A stretch of DNA of 64,000 nucleotides from a bacterium (GTDB lineage: Bacteria; Hinthialibacterota; Hinthialibacteria; Hinthialibacterales; Hinthialibacteraceae). Shown one piece after another: positions 19,527 to 30,396 of the stretch; positions within the stretch are counted from its first letter, which is position 1, and each line of letters starts with the position of its first letter. Location of the stretch: positions 1,784,150 to 1,848,149 of the forward strand of contig CAXXMV010000002.1 in assembly GCA_963662285.2 (NCBI GenBank), in the 5' to 3' direction. The translations under genes were made by a program, and so were the position numbers. The notes under the pieces are model-generated. The model worked only from the letters and a program-made list of their open reading frames with translations. It did no database searches and had not been told where the DNA came from.

Positions 19527-20894
19527 TTAATTCAATCTCATTATTGTTCGGATTTCTCCTGCCAGATAGAGTGAACCTGCGATGCAGATCACGTCTCTTG
19601 GTGATGCCAGTGATTCAGCTTTATCGAGTGCATCGGATGGTTGCTCGATCAAGTGGAGTTCAATTATGGTTGAACCATGCATGTTATTATGAATATTCAA
19701 CTTACGGAATTCTTCTTCCAGATTATTAAGGGGAACGCCTCTGGGGCTGGGCGCTCTAGTAAGGATCACTCTATCATCCGGTCGGATCAGATTATTTAGC
19801 ATCTCCTTGATTTTCTTGCCCTTAAGAAATCCTAGAACCAAAATACGCCGCTGATTGGGGAACAACTCATCCAATGATGTCCGCAAAGATAGGGCGCCTT
19901 TGGCGGTATGGGCTACATCGATTATAGTCAGCGCTCTATCCTGCCGCTTGATAATTTCAAAACGCCCCGGCCAATGTACTTTTTTTAGGCCTTTATCCAA
20001 AGCAGTCGCCGATAAAGGCGCTATTATTTCATCTCGCGTAAGAGCATCAATGGCCGCAACTGTCGTGATGGTGTTCTCCAGCTGGTAATGACCGAATAGT
20101 GGAATGCATACGCTGCGCAATGTTGAAGGACTCTGTTGAGTTGTTATATCAAGAGTTCGATATTTTCTGCCGTTTTTATGCGACTTGATTTGATATTGAC
20201 TGTTGGTATAAACCACTGGCGCCAAGTGATTTTTTAAGCGCTTTTGGAAATGGGGAAGCAGCGCCTTGTCCTGGTTTCCAATGATTACCGGAACCGTGGG
20301 ACGGGTGATGCCCAATTTTTCATCGGCGATGGCTTCCAGCGAATCGCCTAATTGTTCAGTATGTTCCAACGATATATGGGTAATGACGTTCAGAATGGGA
20401 TTCATTACATTGGTGGTATCCAGCCTCCCGCCCAGTCCGGTCTCGATTACGCCGAAATCGATTTTCTCATGCTGGAAATAAAGAAAAGCCATAGCGGTTA
20501 TCATTTCAAAGAAGGTGACGAACCCGGTCGGCAGAAGTGGTCGTTGGCCATTGATTTTACGTAGATGTTTAACCCAATGAGCGAAGTCTTTTTCTGGTAT
20601 CCATTGATTATTGATGGTGATGCGCTCGCGGATGTTTTGCAGGTGAGGTGAAGAAAACACCCCTACGCGGTATCCCCGGCTTTGTAAAACCGAAGAGATC
20701 ATGGCGCAGACTGAGCCTTTTCCATCACTTCCCGCAACATGAATAGGTTTGAATCCAAATTGAGGATCGCCCAGTTCTTTCAACAAGTCTTTGAAACGGT
20801 CAAGGTTCAGTGTTTTGTTGGAGTATGTCCAATTGGTCTTCCGTTCATAAGATATGAACGAATCGAGATATTTGATCGCGTCTTGATAGGTCAT
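19527..20894 (-). CDS. folC: Folylpolyglutamate synthase/dihydrofolate synthase
   Basis: HVAGSDGKGS, SPHL, TFFE, ETGLGGRLDTTN, WPGRFE, DVAH, GSLYLAG. Confidence 0.93.
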   Translation of the reverse strand: MTYQDAIKYLDSFISYERKTNWTYSNKTLNLDRFKDLLKELGDPQFGFKPIHVAGSDGKGSVCAMISSVLQSRGYRVGVFSSPHLQNIRERITINNQWIPEKDFAHWVKHLRKINGQRPLLPTGFVTFFEMITAMAFLYFQHEKIDFGVIETGLGGRLDTTNVMNPILNVITHISLEHTEQLGDSLEAIADEKLGITRPTVPVIIGNQDKALLPHFQKRLKNHLAPVVYTNSQYQIKSHKNGRKYRTLDITTQQSPSTLRSVCIPLFGHYQLENTITTVAAIDALTRDEIIAPLSATALDKGLKKVHWPGRFEIIKRQDRALTIIDVAHTAKGALSLRTSLDELFPNQRRILVLGFLKGKKIKEMLNNLIRPDDRVILTRAPSPRGVPLNNLEEEFRKLNIHNNMHGSTIIELHLIEQPSDALDKAESLASPRDVICIAGSLYLAGEIRTIMRLN

Positions 20895-20925
20895 TATGAT
20901 ATATAGAGGTTAGATAATCATTCCC

Positions 20926-21000
20926 GTATGGTGGGCTACCACCAGGTATGGTGGGCTATCCACCAGGTAGGGTGGGCTAAAAGCGAAGCGTAGCCCACCA
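20926..21000 (+). repeat. Tandem REP cluster: two truncated units and one full hairpin
   Basis: gtatggtgggctaccaccag / gtatggtgggctatccaccag / gtagggtgggctaaaagcgaagcgtagcccacca. Confidence 0.8.
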
Positions 21001-21026
21001 CAAGCCACCTATGATGATACCCCCGC

Positions 21027-22097
21027 CTAAATAATCTTTTCCTGTTTCAAATATGCACGTAATTCTTCTTTGGATAGCGTGTTGGAACTGGTTACGTATC
21101 CATCGAAACTATCCAGTTTTTGCAGTTTATATTCTTCATGGCGGTGCGCGGGTGCGATAACGGCCAGTTCATCATCTACGGTGTATGTTCTGGGCAGTTC
21201 GTTGGGGGCGACCAAGTCTTCGTCCAGTTTTTCACCCGGTTCGGCGCCGGTGATTTTGATCTTGATTTCAGCGGGGTTCCGGCCGTATGTAGGCGCCAGT
21301 TCTTCAATAAGGATTTCGGCTAGATCGCGGATATGGGCTGATTTCATGCGTAAAATATAAATCTCTCCGCCGGTTGCATGGGCGGCGGATTTTAATACTA
21401 AACTTACGGCGTTGGGTATGGACATAAAGAAGCGCCGCATATTTGGATCAGTCAGGGTAACAGGGCCGCCGTCTTTGATCTGCTCGCGCCACAGCGGGAT
21501 AACTGAACCGCGTGAATCGAGCACATTGCCGAACCTTACCGAGGATAATGTTTTATGGGGAATTCGCCGATAAAAAGAAGCCCAGGTGACCAGGCGCTCA
21601 GCCAGCAATTTGGTTGCGCCCATGGTCGAAGTTACGTTGACCGCCTTGTCGGTGCTGATAGAGACCACCCGCTCGACGGTATTGCTTTCCAGCGTGGCGG
21701 TTATGATGTTCTGGGTGCCCAGCACATTGGTTTTAACTGCTTCGAGGGGATCGTATTCGGTGGCTTCCACCCGTTTGAGAGCTGCTGTATGAAACACAAT
21801 ATGCACGCCTTCAAAGGCCCGTGACAAGCGTTCGTAATCGCGTACGTCTCCCAGCAGATAGCGGATGAAATCGTATTCTCTGAATTTATAACGCAGAAGG
21901 GATTGTTTATATTCATCCCGGCTCAGGATTCTGATAATCTTGGGTTTGAGCGGAATCAGCTGATTGACGATCTCGCTGCCAATCGTCCCGGTTCCGCCGG
22001 TGACTAGAACGGTTTTACCTTCGACCAGACTCCGCAGTTTATCCTGAGTAGGCTTCTCCACTTTCTGTTTTCCTTCCACGTTCGATGACTCTAACAA
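21027..22097 (-). CDS. UDP-N-acetylglucosamine 4,6-dehydratase family protein (PseB/FnlA-like); start uncertain
   Basis: TGGTGTIG, SRDEYKQ, GDVRD, HTAALK, STDKA, MGATK, RFGNVLDSRGSV, MRRFF, PGEK. Confidence 0.88.
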   Translation of the reverse strand: MLESSNVEGKQKVEKPTQDKLRSLVEGKTVLVTGGTGTIGSEIVNQLIPLKPKIIRILSRDEYKQSLLRYKFREYDFIRYLLGDVRDYERLSRAFEGVHIVFHTAALKRVEATEYDPLEAVKTNVLGTQNIITATLESNTVERVVSISTDKAVNVTSTMGATKLLAERLVTWASFYRRIPHKTLSSVRFGNVLDSRGSVIPLWREQIKDGGPVTLTDPNMRRFFMSIPNAVSLVLKSAAHATGGEIYILRMKSAHIRDLAEILIEELAPTYGRNPAEIKIKITGAEPGEKLDEDLVAPNELPRTYTVDDELAVIAPAHRHEEYKLQKLDSFDGYVTSSNTLSKEELRAYLKQEKII

Positions 22098-23169
22098 TCA
22101 GAATAGATATTTCGTACAGCATATACATGGGCAGGGCGCATGTAATCTGTGAAATTGGGTCAGGCGGCGTAATCAGCGCCGATAGAGAAAACATTATGAC
22201 GATAGCATAGGGACGGAACTTTGATAGTCCACTTGCTGTAACGATGCCTATTTTGGCCAGCAGGGTAAAGACTACCGGCTCTTCAAAGATCAAGCCGAAG
22301 GCCAGCATGAAACGGGTGGTGGTGGAGATGTAACTGCTTAGAGACCATATAGTTTGCACTGATTCCGGCGTAAACAGAACCAGGAACTGGAGGATAAAAC
22401 TATAAATAATGAAGTAACAGAAACATCCTCCCAGTATAAAGCAGAACCATGCTGAAATTATCAAAGGAAAGACAATCTTCTTCTCTCTTTTATATAAACC
22501 GGGGGCGATAAACATCCACGCTTCATAGAATAAAAATGGAAATGCCAGAAAGATGCCTGCGATCAGTGATATCTTCACATAAGCTAATACGCCTTCAAAT
22601 GGAGAAAGAGCTGAAAGTTGAACGTTCATTCTTCTTTTTGGTTCAATTTCAGTGGAAGCGGCTAACTTTTCATTATCTTGGTCAACAGGTGTTGCTGCGG
22701 CAATAATATTGCCGGTGGCCGAGTGTATTGTATCCGTGGCGCTGCCTGGACTTGCTGTGCTGGATGGATTCCAGAAACTTAGATTCCAGAAATGGGCAAT
22801 CTCTTCTGCTTGAGCTTTTTTGTCGGTGGGAAGAGGTTTCACCAGAATATTTAGGATAGTATCTGAAAAGGTGAAGCAGATGACGACGCAAACGGCGAAA
22901 GAGACCAGTGCGCGGATCAATCTCTCGCGCAGCTCGCCTAAATGTTCCAAAAATGTCATCGAACCGCCCAAGCCTTCTTCGCCGCTCAGGCCATTTTCAA
23001 AGAGCGAGTCTCTTCTAGATTTTTCTTTAGATTTGCCTGTCGATTCGTCTACCGTTTCATCAGTGGATTCGTCAGTTGATTCATCTACTGTTTTATCAGT
23101 TGATTCGTCAGTTGATTCATCAATGTCATTTATATCTTCGTTTTTGTTGGCGTCTTTATCTTGAGTCAT
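22039..23169 (-). CDS. tatC: Twin-arginine translocase subunit TatC with acidic repetitive N-terminus
   Basis: MTFLEHLGELRERL, WMFIAPGLY, FGLIFEEP, ITPPDPISQ, LYEISI. Confidence 0.95.
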   Translation of the reverse strand: MTQDKDANKNEDINDIDESTDESTDKTVDESTDESTDETVDESTGKSKEKSRRDSLFENGLSGEEGLGGSMTFLEHLGELRERLIRALVSFAVCVVICFTFSDTILNILVKPLPTDKKAQAEEIAHFWNLSFWNPSSTASPGSATDTIHSATGNIIAAATPVDQDNEKLAASTEIEPKRRMNVQLSALSPFEGVLAYVKISLIAGIFLAFPFLFYEAWMFIAPGLYKREKKIVFPLIISAWFCFILGGCFCYFIIYSFILQFLVLFTPESVQTIWSLSSYISTTTRFMLAFGLIFEEPVVFTLLAKIGIVTASGLSKFRPYAIVIMFSLSALITPPDPISQITCALPMYMLYEISILIVRVIERGRKTESGEAYSG

Positions 23170-23234
23170 TTTATTATTAGTCCAAATTTATCAATATGTT
23201 ATTATCATGTATAAAATGTAAGATGCGAGAGAGG

Positions 23235-23702
23235 TCAGTCGGTCATTTCACGCACGAAACGTTGTGCGTCTTCTACTTTATCGGGATCATCTATCGGCTT
23301 TTGGTTAGCATTGGTTGATGACGCAGCCTCATTTGATGAATGGGCCTCTTCTTCGCTGGAATAACCATACTCATCCTGGTTTTCGCCATATTCCGAATAA
23401 TCGCTGGAGTTACTGCCGCCCTCTGCCGCATCCGTATCTTCATTACCAGTATTATAGGGATCATGCTGGTATTCAGGATCACCATAAGTATCATCGCTGG
23501 TATAGGAACTGGTCTTGGAACTGGGTTTATCCCATTCGCTCATATCCAGCTGTCGTTGCAACTCGTTGCTGGCTTCCCGGAACATCTTCATCGCTTTGGC
23601 TATATACCGCGCTAATTCGGGCAGCCGGTTGGGTCCGAAAACGATCAAAGCCACTCCAAGAACAACTACTAATTCAGCGGGTCCAATACCTAAAAAATTC
23701 AT
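23235..23702 (-). CDS. tatA: TatA/TatB family subunit with long acidic tail
   Basis: IGPAELVVVLGVALIVFGPNRLPELAR; directly upstream of tatC. Confidence 0.85.
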   Translation of the reverse strand: MNFLGIGPAELVVVLGVALIVFGPNRLPELARYIAKAMKMFREASNELQRQLDMSEWDKPSSKTSSYTSDDTYGDPEYQHDPYNTGNEDTDAAEGGSNSSDYSEYGENQDEYGYSSEEEAHSSNEAASSTNANQKPIDDPDKVEDAQRFVREMTD

Positions 23703-24003
23703 AAGCGGTTTTCTCTTAATTAAGACATTAAGTCAAGTATTATGTGGGTAGTCAATAATATGTTCTTTATACATAACGAAGCCGGTTTCACAATAGTTTA
23801 GTCGCGAAACGGGCAGGAAAAAGATAATATTCAGACTAACGCTCACAAGCAGTTTATTATCTAAACGCTGATTGGGCAATGCTTGGCGAATAGAACAAAC
23901 CTGATCTATGCTCACATTCTGGTTTTTTGGTTCATTTCAGAGTATAACCTATATTCTTAATGGTGTTATTATCCTGATAAGTTGTTTAATAAGGAAGATA
24001 TCA

Positions 24004-25086
24004 ATGACTACTGATTGTTCAGAAAAATCAAATGAGATTTCCGATAGTTATCAGAGACTAGCGCTGAAATTAGATCAGTTGCCTAATGGTTTCCCCCGGA
24101 CTTCTTCAAATATTGAAATCGATATCCTCCAGAAAATCTTCTCTCCTGAAGATGCTGAATTGGCCAGCCATCTGACGGGAACCCTGGAAGCGCCTGAATT
24201 GATAGCCCAACGGGCGGAATTGCCGGTTAAAAAAGCCACCATTAAATTACTGAGATTAGCCAAACGGCGCCTGGCCTGGATGGGTGATGATAAAACTAAA
24301 CCAACTTTCAGATTGGCGCCATTCGTGGTGGGGATATACGAAGCGCAAGTGGAAAGCCTGGATCACGAACTGGCACACATGATTGAAGACTATATGAACC
24401 AGGGCGGCGCTGAAGGCATGATGCGCTATGAACCTGCTTTGCACCGGGTGGTTCCGGCTCATGGAACCGTCAATCCCGAATGGATTCTGCCCTACGACGA
24501 CGTGCGCAGCATGTTGCTTAATGCCAAATCATTCAACGTCTGTGACTGCATCTGTCGTAAGAAGATGAAATTGCTCGATAAGGGCTGTGATTTCCCCATG
24601 AAGAATTGCTTATCATTTTTCGCGCAAGACAATCCACCCCGACCTTCATCAATTACCAAAGAAGAGGCGCTCGCCATCCTCGATCAAGCCAAAGAGGCGG
24701 GCTTGGTGCATACCGTAAGCAACATCGCCCAAGGCGTCTTTTATCTATGTAATTGCTGTGGTTGCTGCTGTGATCTTCTGCTGGGCATTAATCAAAGAGG
24801 CATTGCAAAATCAGTAGCCCGCGCCAACTATTCAGCCGCAATAGATCAAGAGCAATGCGACCAGTGCGGGCTTTGCCGGGAACGCTGCCAGGTAAACGCC
24901 ATTATAGAGGATGATGTAATGCTGATTGACTCCCTAAAGTGCATCGGCTGTGGAGTTTGTGTCAGCGCATGTCCCAACCAGGCGATGACTCTTAAACCGA
25001 TAGCCCAGGCTGACATGGTGCATCCACCAGAAGATTTCGCCGCCTGGGAACGGTTGCGTTTGCAAAACCGGGGATTGGTTTCATAA
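24004..25086 (+). CDS. 4Fe-4S dicluster (ferredoxin-domain) protein
   Basis: CDCICR, CNCCGCCC, CDQCGLCRERC, CIGCGVCVSACP; start moved to ATG 24004 after aagga. Confidence 0.85.
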   Translation: MTTDCSEKSNEISDSYQRLALKLDQLPNGFPRTSSNIEIDILQKIFSPEDAELASHLTGTLEAPELIAQRAELPVKKATIKLLRLAKRRLAWMGDDKTKPTFRLAPFVVGIYEAQVESLDHELAHMIEDYMNQGGAEGMMRYEPALHRVVPAHGTVNPEWILPYDDVRSMLLNAKSFNVCDCICRKKMKLLDKGCDFPMKNCLSFFAQDNPPRPSSITKEEALAILDQAKEAGLVHTVSNIAQGVFYLCNCCGCCCDLLLGINQRGIAKSVARANYSAAIDQEQCDQCGLCRERCQVNAIIEDDVMLIDSLKCIGCGVCVSACPNQAMTLKPIAQADMVHPPEDFAAWERLRLQNRGLVS

Positions 25087-25088
25087 CG

Positions 25089-26045
25089 ATGAATTTTGAA
25101 AAGAAGATGGGATTGGGGGGGGGTAATGTGATTGAAGATAATTTTATATCGCAACAGAATAATCTAAACAGTGGACGCTTGCCGAAGAGCGCTGGACTTC
25201 TTTTAGTACTGCTCTGCTTCCTGTGGGGTGCTCAATCGGTGAGCATTAAATTCAGTAACCAGGGTATGCCGCCGCTTATGGCCGCCGCTTTGCGATCTTT
25301 GGTAGCAGGCGTCTTGGTTTTTGTTTATGCTGCTTTTAATCACCGAAAGGCGTCCTTTCCTCTTGGGCAGACTCGACATGCTGTTATGATCGGTATTTTA
25401 TTTGGTCTTGAGTTTCTTTTTTTATATTGGAGTTTGGTTTATACTCCGGTTTCTCGTTCGCTTATCATCCTTTACACTCATCCGTTTTGGGTAGCTTTGG
25501 GAGCGCATTTTCTATTAAGAAATGATCGTCTGACCTTTGTCAAACTGATTGGATTGATCCTGGCTTTCGGTGGAGTCGTAGTGGTGTTTCAGACCCGTTC
25601 GCCAAAACTGCCATCCCTATATTGGATAGGTGATATGATGGCATTGACAGCCGCAATATCCTGGGCCGCCACAACACTATATATTAAGTATATTACAGTA
25701 AATGTTAAACTGGATCATATACAGACCTTGTTTGCTCAGCTCATCTACTCATTTCCTCTGTTAGCCTTGGGTTCGGTGTTATTTGAATTGCCCGCGAGCC
25801 TGGACCTCAATGGAGTAGTATTAGCATCGCTGTTTTTTCAAAGCGTCGTAGTGGCTTTTGCCTCTTATTTGGTTTGGTTCCGGCTAATTCAACGGCACAC
25901 GGTAAGTCGCTTGGCGGCTTTTACCTTTTTAACTCCGTTTTTTGGAGTGATCCTAGGTGGCATAATCCTGGATGAGCCGTTGACGTTATTGGTTTGGATT
26001 GGGCTGGTTTGTGTAGCTGGAGGGCTATATGCAGTAAACCATTGA
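25089..26045 (+). CDS. DMT/EamA family transporter
   Basis: About 10 TM segments; LCFLWG, YTHPFW, FTFLTPFFGV, EPLT. Confidence 0.88.
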   Translation: MNFEKKMGLGGGNVIEDNFISQQNNLNSGRLPKSAGLLLVLLCFLWGAQSVSIKFSNQGMPPLMAAALRSLVAGVLVFVYAAFNHRKASFPLGQTRHAVMIGILFGLEFLFLYWSLVYTPVSRSLIILYTHPFWVALGAHFLLRNDRLTFVKLIGLILAFGGVVVVFQTRSPKLPSLYWIGDMMALTAAISWAATTLYIKYITVNVKLDHIQTLFAQLIYSFPLLALGSVLFELPASLDLNGVVLASLFFQSVVVAFASYLVWFRLIQRHTVSRLAAFTFLTPFFGVILGGIILDEPLTLLVWIGLVCVAGGLYAVNH

Positions 26046-26097
26046 TTTATCAACACCTATCAATGCAGAAATTTAGAAGGTGCAAATCGGCAGCGCA

Positions 26098-26180
26098 TCC
26101 CATCAGGTCCATGTCACCACCCAAAAATTCCTCTCTCAAGACTGGGAGAGGTTAGGTAAGGGTTGATAACCACCACCCTA
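26098..26180 (+). repeat. ~83-bp imperfect direct repeat, left copy
   Basis: tcccatcaggtccatgtcaccaccc...ctctctcaagactgggagagg...gataaccaccacccta, matches 30397-30479. Confidence 0.85.
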
Positions 26181-26389
26181 TTTATCCATTAATCGTTTCA
26201 CTATCTCTTCATTATTATTCTCTTTAGCAAGATCAAGCGCGGTCTTGCCATCATTGTTTTACATCTGTTTATTGAAAAATACAACATTTTACATAATAAT
26301 TAGTTTGTAAAATCTTAATTGTGATATCAATATAAGAGTCAGGAAATTTATTTATTCTACTGTTGATAATATTTAAGGAGAAATGTCTA

Positions 26390-28165
26390 ATGAGGATTAT
26401 TTTTGTTATTTCAGCGCTATTGGTATCTTTCAATTTGACGGTAATTGCCCAGAATATAAATACTACTGATAATTTTCCCGACCCGAATTTCAAGGCTTTT
26501 GTGGAAGATATTATGAAGGTTCAGAAAGGTGGAGAATTCACCGCAGCTGATGCGGCAGAACATTCGGCCCTGATTTTTAATTGTAATAATAAAAGAATAG
26601 AGGATTTAACAGGAATCGAATATTTCAAAAAAATCGAGGAACTGGATTTTTCATATAATCAGATAACTAATGTTGATTTATCATCAAATAAATCTCTAAC
26701 ATCATTGACTTGTTATAATAATCAATTGGAGGGATTGGATGTAACCTCAAATACGATTTTGAAGTCTATAACCTGTTACAAAAATAAATTGAAGGAACTG
26801 GATTTATCTCACAACAAGGATTTGACATCATTATCATGTGGTCTAAACATGTTGGCCACTATGGATGTATCAAACAACCCGGAACTTAGTTATTTGTCTT
26901 GCTTCAATAATAAGATATCCAAGTTGGATTTATCATCTAATACGGCTTTGACATCCTTGCTTTGTTACAATAATCAATTAACCGAACTGGATACGTCATC
27001 TAACCCGTCTTTAGAAATCTTGCATTGTAGTAATAACCTGCTGCAGAATTTGGATTTATCATCTAACGGGGATTTAACTGAATTATGGTGTCACCGTAAC
27101 CAGTTGAAGACCCTGAATCTTCCCCCTAATACGGATTTAGTATATCTGCTATGTGATGATAATCAATTAACGGAACTGGATGTATCGGGCAACACGGCAT
27201 TGGAAAAATTTGATTGTTCATATAACCAGTTAACGCAGCTGGATGTATCGTCCAATACAGCGCTGACAAAATTATCCTGCGGCGCCAACCAATTGACATC
27301 ATTGGATATTACCAATAACAAGGCTTTGCGCTATGCGTCGTGCGGCAATAATCAACTGACGGAGTTGGATGTATCGGCCAACAAGGAATTAGTGGATTTG
27401 AATTGTTACAACAACCAATTAACCAATCTTGATTTATCCTCAAATGAGTATTTATCCTGGCTGCATTGTCAACATAACCAGTTAACCGGATTGGATGTTT
27501 CGTTCAATCCCATATTAAAAGGTCTGATGTGCAATCATAATAAGTTATCGCAAATAGATTTCTCCATGAACGGTCTAATGTTTTGGCTGAATTGCGCTAA
27601 TAACCTTTTAAGGGAATTGCCTTTGTCATCAATCATTAACTTGCACTGGCTGTATTGCGAAAATAATTTATTGACAGAATTGGATTTGTCGTTATCCCTT
27701 AATTTACAAAGAGTGATATGCCATAACAACCAATTAACCGAGCTGGATTCATCTAATATCAGACACCTGATTTGGCTGGATTGCCATGACAATCTGTTAT
27801 CCGAACTGGATGTTTCATCGCAGGTGAATCTGAGCAGATTGATTTGCCATAACAACCAATTGGCAGAATTGAATTTGAAGAATAATACTTTTCTTCGGTT
27901 TTTGGATTGTAAAAATAACCAAATCAATGATATTACAAGTTTTCATTCTATACGTGATTTGAGGGCTGCAAATCTTTCATACAACAACCTCGATTATGGA
28001 GATCGAAACGATATTCAATTGCTCAAAAATCATTTGGGCGATCCCGCCTTTTCTGACACTGTAACTGATTGGTTGATATACGGCCTGGAGTATTCTCCAC
28101 AGAATAATATCGATCCTTATGAACTGGATACAAACGTTTATGATTGGATGCTGCATGAGGAGTAG
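26390..28165 (+). CDS. Secreted IRREKO-type (21-aa) leucine-rich repeat protein with C-terminal tag
   Basis: aaggag RBS, signal peptide, FPDPNF cap, about 20 LxxLxCxxNQLxxLDxSxN repeats, ends TNVYDWMLHEE. Confidence 0.9.
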   Translation: MRIIFVISALLVSFNLTVIAQNINTTDNFPDPNFKAFVEDIMKVQKGGEFTAADAAEHSALIFNCNNKRIEDLTGIEYFKKIEELDFSYNQITNVDLSSNKSLTSLTCYNNQLEGLDVTSNTILKSITCYKNKLKELDLSHNKDLTSLSCGLNMLATMDVSNNPELSYLSCFNNKISKLDLSSNTALTSLLCYNNQLTELDTSSNPSLEILHCSNNLLQNLDLSSNGDLTELWCHRNQLKTLNLPPNTDLVYLLCDDNQLTELDVSGNTALEKFDCSYNQLTQLDVSSNTALTKLSCGANQLTSLDITNNKALRYASCGNNQLTELDVSANKELVDLNCYNNQLTNLDLSSNEYLSWLHCQHNQLTGLDVSFNPILKGLMCNHNKLSQIDFSMNGLMFWLNCANNLLRELPLSSIINLHWLYCENNLLTELDLSLSLNLQRVICHNNQLTELDSSNIRHLIWLDCHDNLLSELDVSSQVNLSRLICHNNQLAELNLKNNTFLRFLDCKNNQINDITSFHSIRDLRAANLSYNNLDYGDRNDIQLLKNHLGDPAFSDTVTDWLIYGLEYSPQNNIDPYELDTNVYDWMLHEE

Positions 28166-28211
28166 TGATTCTCCAATATATATTAATACAAAATTTTAGG
28201 AGTATTACTTA

Positions 28212-30320
28212 ATGAAACCTGTTATAGGAATTATTGTGGTGTTTCTTACTTTAAACGTGAATGGCTTTGCTCAGAATATCAATACGACTGAAAATTTTCC
28301 AGATGCCAATTTTAAGTCTTATGTTGAACAATATATGGGAATTAATTCAGGTGGAGTATTTACAGCAGCAGAAGCGTATGTCATGACCGACTATTTTAAT
28401 TGTGAAGGAAAAGAGATAAGTGATTTAAGTGGAATAGGTTATTTTAAGAATATAACTAACCTGAATTGCTACAATAACAAATTATCGTTACTGGATGTGT
28501 CGACCAACACAGCTTTGACTACTTTATCATGTGGAAATAACCAGTTAACGGAGCTGGATATATCGTCCAATACGGCTTTGACTCATTTATTGTGTGGCAA
28601 TAACCAGTTATCAGAGCTGGATGTATTTAATAACAAAAGATTGACTTTTTTAAATTGTAGATATAACCAATTAAGCGAAATAGATGTGTCATCCAATACG
28701 GCTTTGACTTCTTTATCGTGTGGAGATAATCAGTTAACAAATTTGGAATTGTCATCCAACTCTGCATTGGCTGCATTATCATGTGAAGAAAATGTGTTGA
28801 AGGAATTGGATATATCGTTTAATACTGTTTTGAATAAGGTGAATTGTAATAATAACCAGTTAGCGGAATTGGATGTGTCGTCAAACACGGTATTGTCTTC
28901 CTTGTCGTGTGAAGATAACCAGATAACTGGACTGGATATATCGTCAGCGACAGGATTAATATACTTGAATTGCGGTTGTAACCAATTGAAGGAATTGAAT
29001 GTATCGACTAACACCGATTTGGAAAAATTGTATTGCTTTAAAAATCAGATAGCAGTACTGGATACTTCGTTCAATGAATATTTGTATTTGCTGGATTGCT
29101 ATGATAATGAATTAAGTGAACTGACTTTATCGTGCAACAGAGCTTTAACATATTTAAATTGCTCTCAAAACATGTTAAAGGATTTGGACTTAAGGTTTAA
29201 CATAGAATTGCGTAGGTTGTATTGTCATAATAACCAAATATCTGATATATCAAGTTGGGCATCCCATCCTAATATTAAAATCGTAGACGTAAGGAATAAC
29301 AGCCTGGATAATGGTGATTGGGCGGATATAAGATTGATGCTAAATCTATTGGGAGATCCTGCGTTTAATAATGAGAGGCTTGTATCTGGATTTGCTTATT
29401 CTCCTCAAGATTATTTTGATCCCAATGATTTAGTAAATATCAATACAATGGAAAACTTTCCTGATGCAAATTTCAAGGATTATGTTGAAATATATATGGG
29501 AGTTGCTCCAGGTGGACAATTTACCACTGCAGAAGCTGCATCAAAAACAATTGAATTTTTTAATTGTAGTAAAAAAGAAATAAAGGATTTATCTGGAATT
29601 GAGTATTTTGTGAATTTACAACCTCTATATTGTAATGATAATCCGTTAACCATGATGGATTTGTCGTCTAACACGGCTTTGACTTTTTTATCATGCGAAA
29701 ATTGTCAGTTAACGGTTTTGGATGTATCGTCAAATACGGCTTTGGAATCATTGTATTGCCACTATAACCAATTATCAGTTTTAGATATATCGCAGAATAA
29801 GGCTTTGGATTCATTGGTTTGCTCAAATAACCGGTTAATTGAGCTGGATGTGACTTCTAATCGGGATTTGACTTTTTTATCGTGTGAAGATAATCAGTTA
29901 AAAGTTCTGGATGTATCGTATAACACATTTTTGGAAATATTGGTTTGCTCAAATAACCGGTTAGTTGAACTGGATGTGACGGCTTGCAAGAATTTACATT
30001 CTTTAAGATGCGACAGTAACAAGATATCGCAAATCGATTTGTCAAATAATAATAATTTAAAAATATTTGATTGTAATAATAACCAAATACAAGATATATC
30101 AAGTTTGCTTTCTCTAAGTAATCTAATATCTGTAAATGTAATTAATAATAACCTGGATTATAGTGATTGGGATAATATACAATCACTGCTTGAAAAATTG
30201 GGATATCCAGATTTTTTAGATAATGGTAATCTTCGAGTTGGTTTGGCTTATTCTCCACAAAACAATTTCGATCCCTATGTACTTGATACCAGCGTTAAAA
30301 ATTGGATGTACCATGAATAA
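28212..30320 (+). CDS. Secreted LRR protein with two complete cap-LRR-cap modules and C-terminal tag
   Basis: NINTxENFPDANFK and AYSPQ each occur twice; ends TSVKNWMYHE. Confidence 0.9.
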   Translation: MKPVIGIIVVFLTLNVNGFAQNINTTENFPDANFKSYVEQYMGINSGGVFTAAEAYVMTDYFNCEGKEISDLSGIGYFKNITNLNCYNNKLSLLDVSTNTALTTLSCGNNQLTELDISSNTALTHLLCGNNQLSELDVFNNKRLTFLNCRYNQLSEIDVSSNTALTSLSCGDNQLTNLELSSNSALAALSCEENVLKELDISFNTVLNKVNCNNNQLAELDVSSNTVLSSLSCEDNQITGLDISSATGLIYLNCGCNQLKELNVSTNTDLEKLYCFKNQIAVLDTSFNEYLYLLDCYDNELSELTLSCNRALTYLNCSQNMLKDLDLRFNIELRRLYCHNNQISDISSWASHPNIKIVDVRNNSLDNGDWADIRLMLNLLGDPAFNNERLVSGFAYSPQDYFDPNDLVNINTMENFPDANFKDYVEIYMGVAPGGQFTTAEAASKTIEFFNCSKKEIKDLSGIEYFVNLQPLYCNDNPLTMMDLSSNTALTFLSCENCQLTVLDVSSNTALESLYCHYNQLSVLDISQNKALDSLVCSNNRLIELDVTSNRDLTFLSCEDNQLKVLDVSYNTFLEILVCSNNRLVELDVTACKNLHSLRCDSNKISQIDLSNNNNLKIFDCNNNQIQDISSLLSLSNLISVNVINNNLDYSDWDNIQSLLEKLGYPDFLDNGNLRVGLAYSPQNNFDPYVLDTSVKNWMYHE

Positions 30321-30396
30321 ATCGGTAATCCAGCGAAGTAGATGTTACAAAGCGCCAGCATGTACCATCAAAGCCACTGATGAATCAGCGGAATAG

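Noticed and set aside
20926-21000. Tandem 20-21 bp units as a mini CRISPR array
   Set aside because: No unique spacers and no cas genes; the units are truncated REP copies
26500-30100. 63-bp periodicity as a CRISPR or DNA-level repeat array
   Set aside because: Explained by 21-aa LRR coding repeats with synonymous variation
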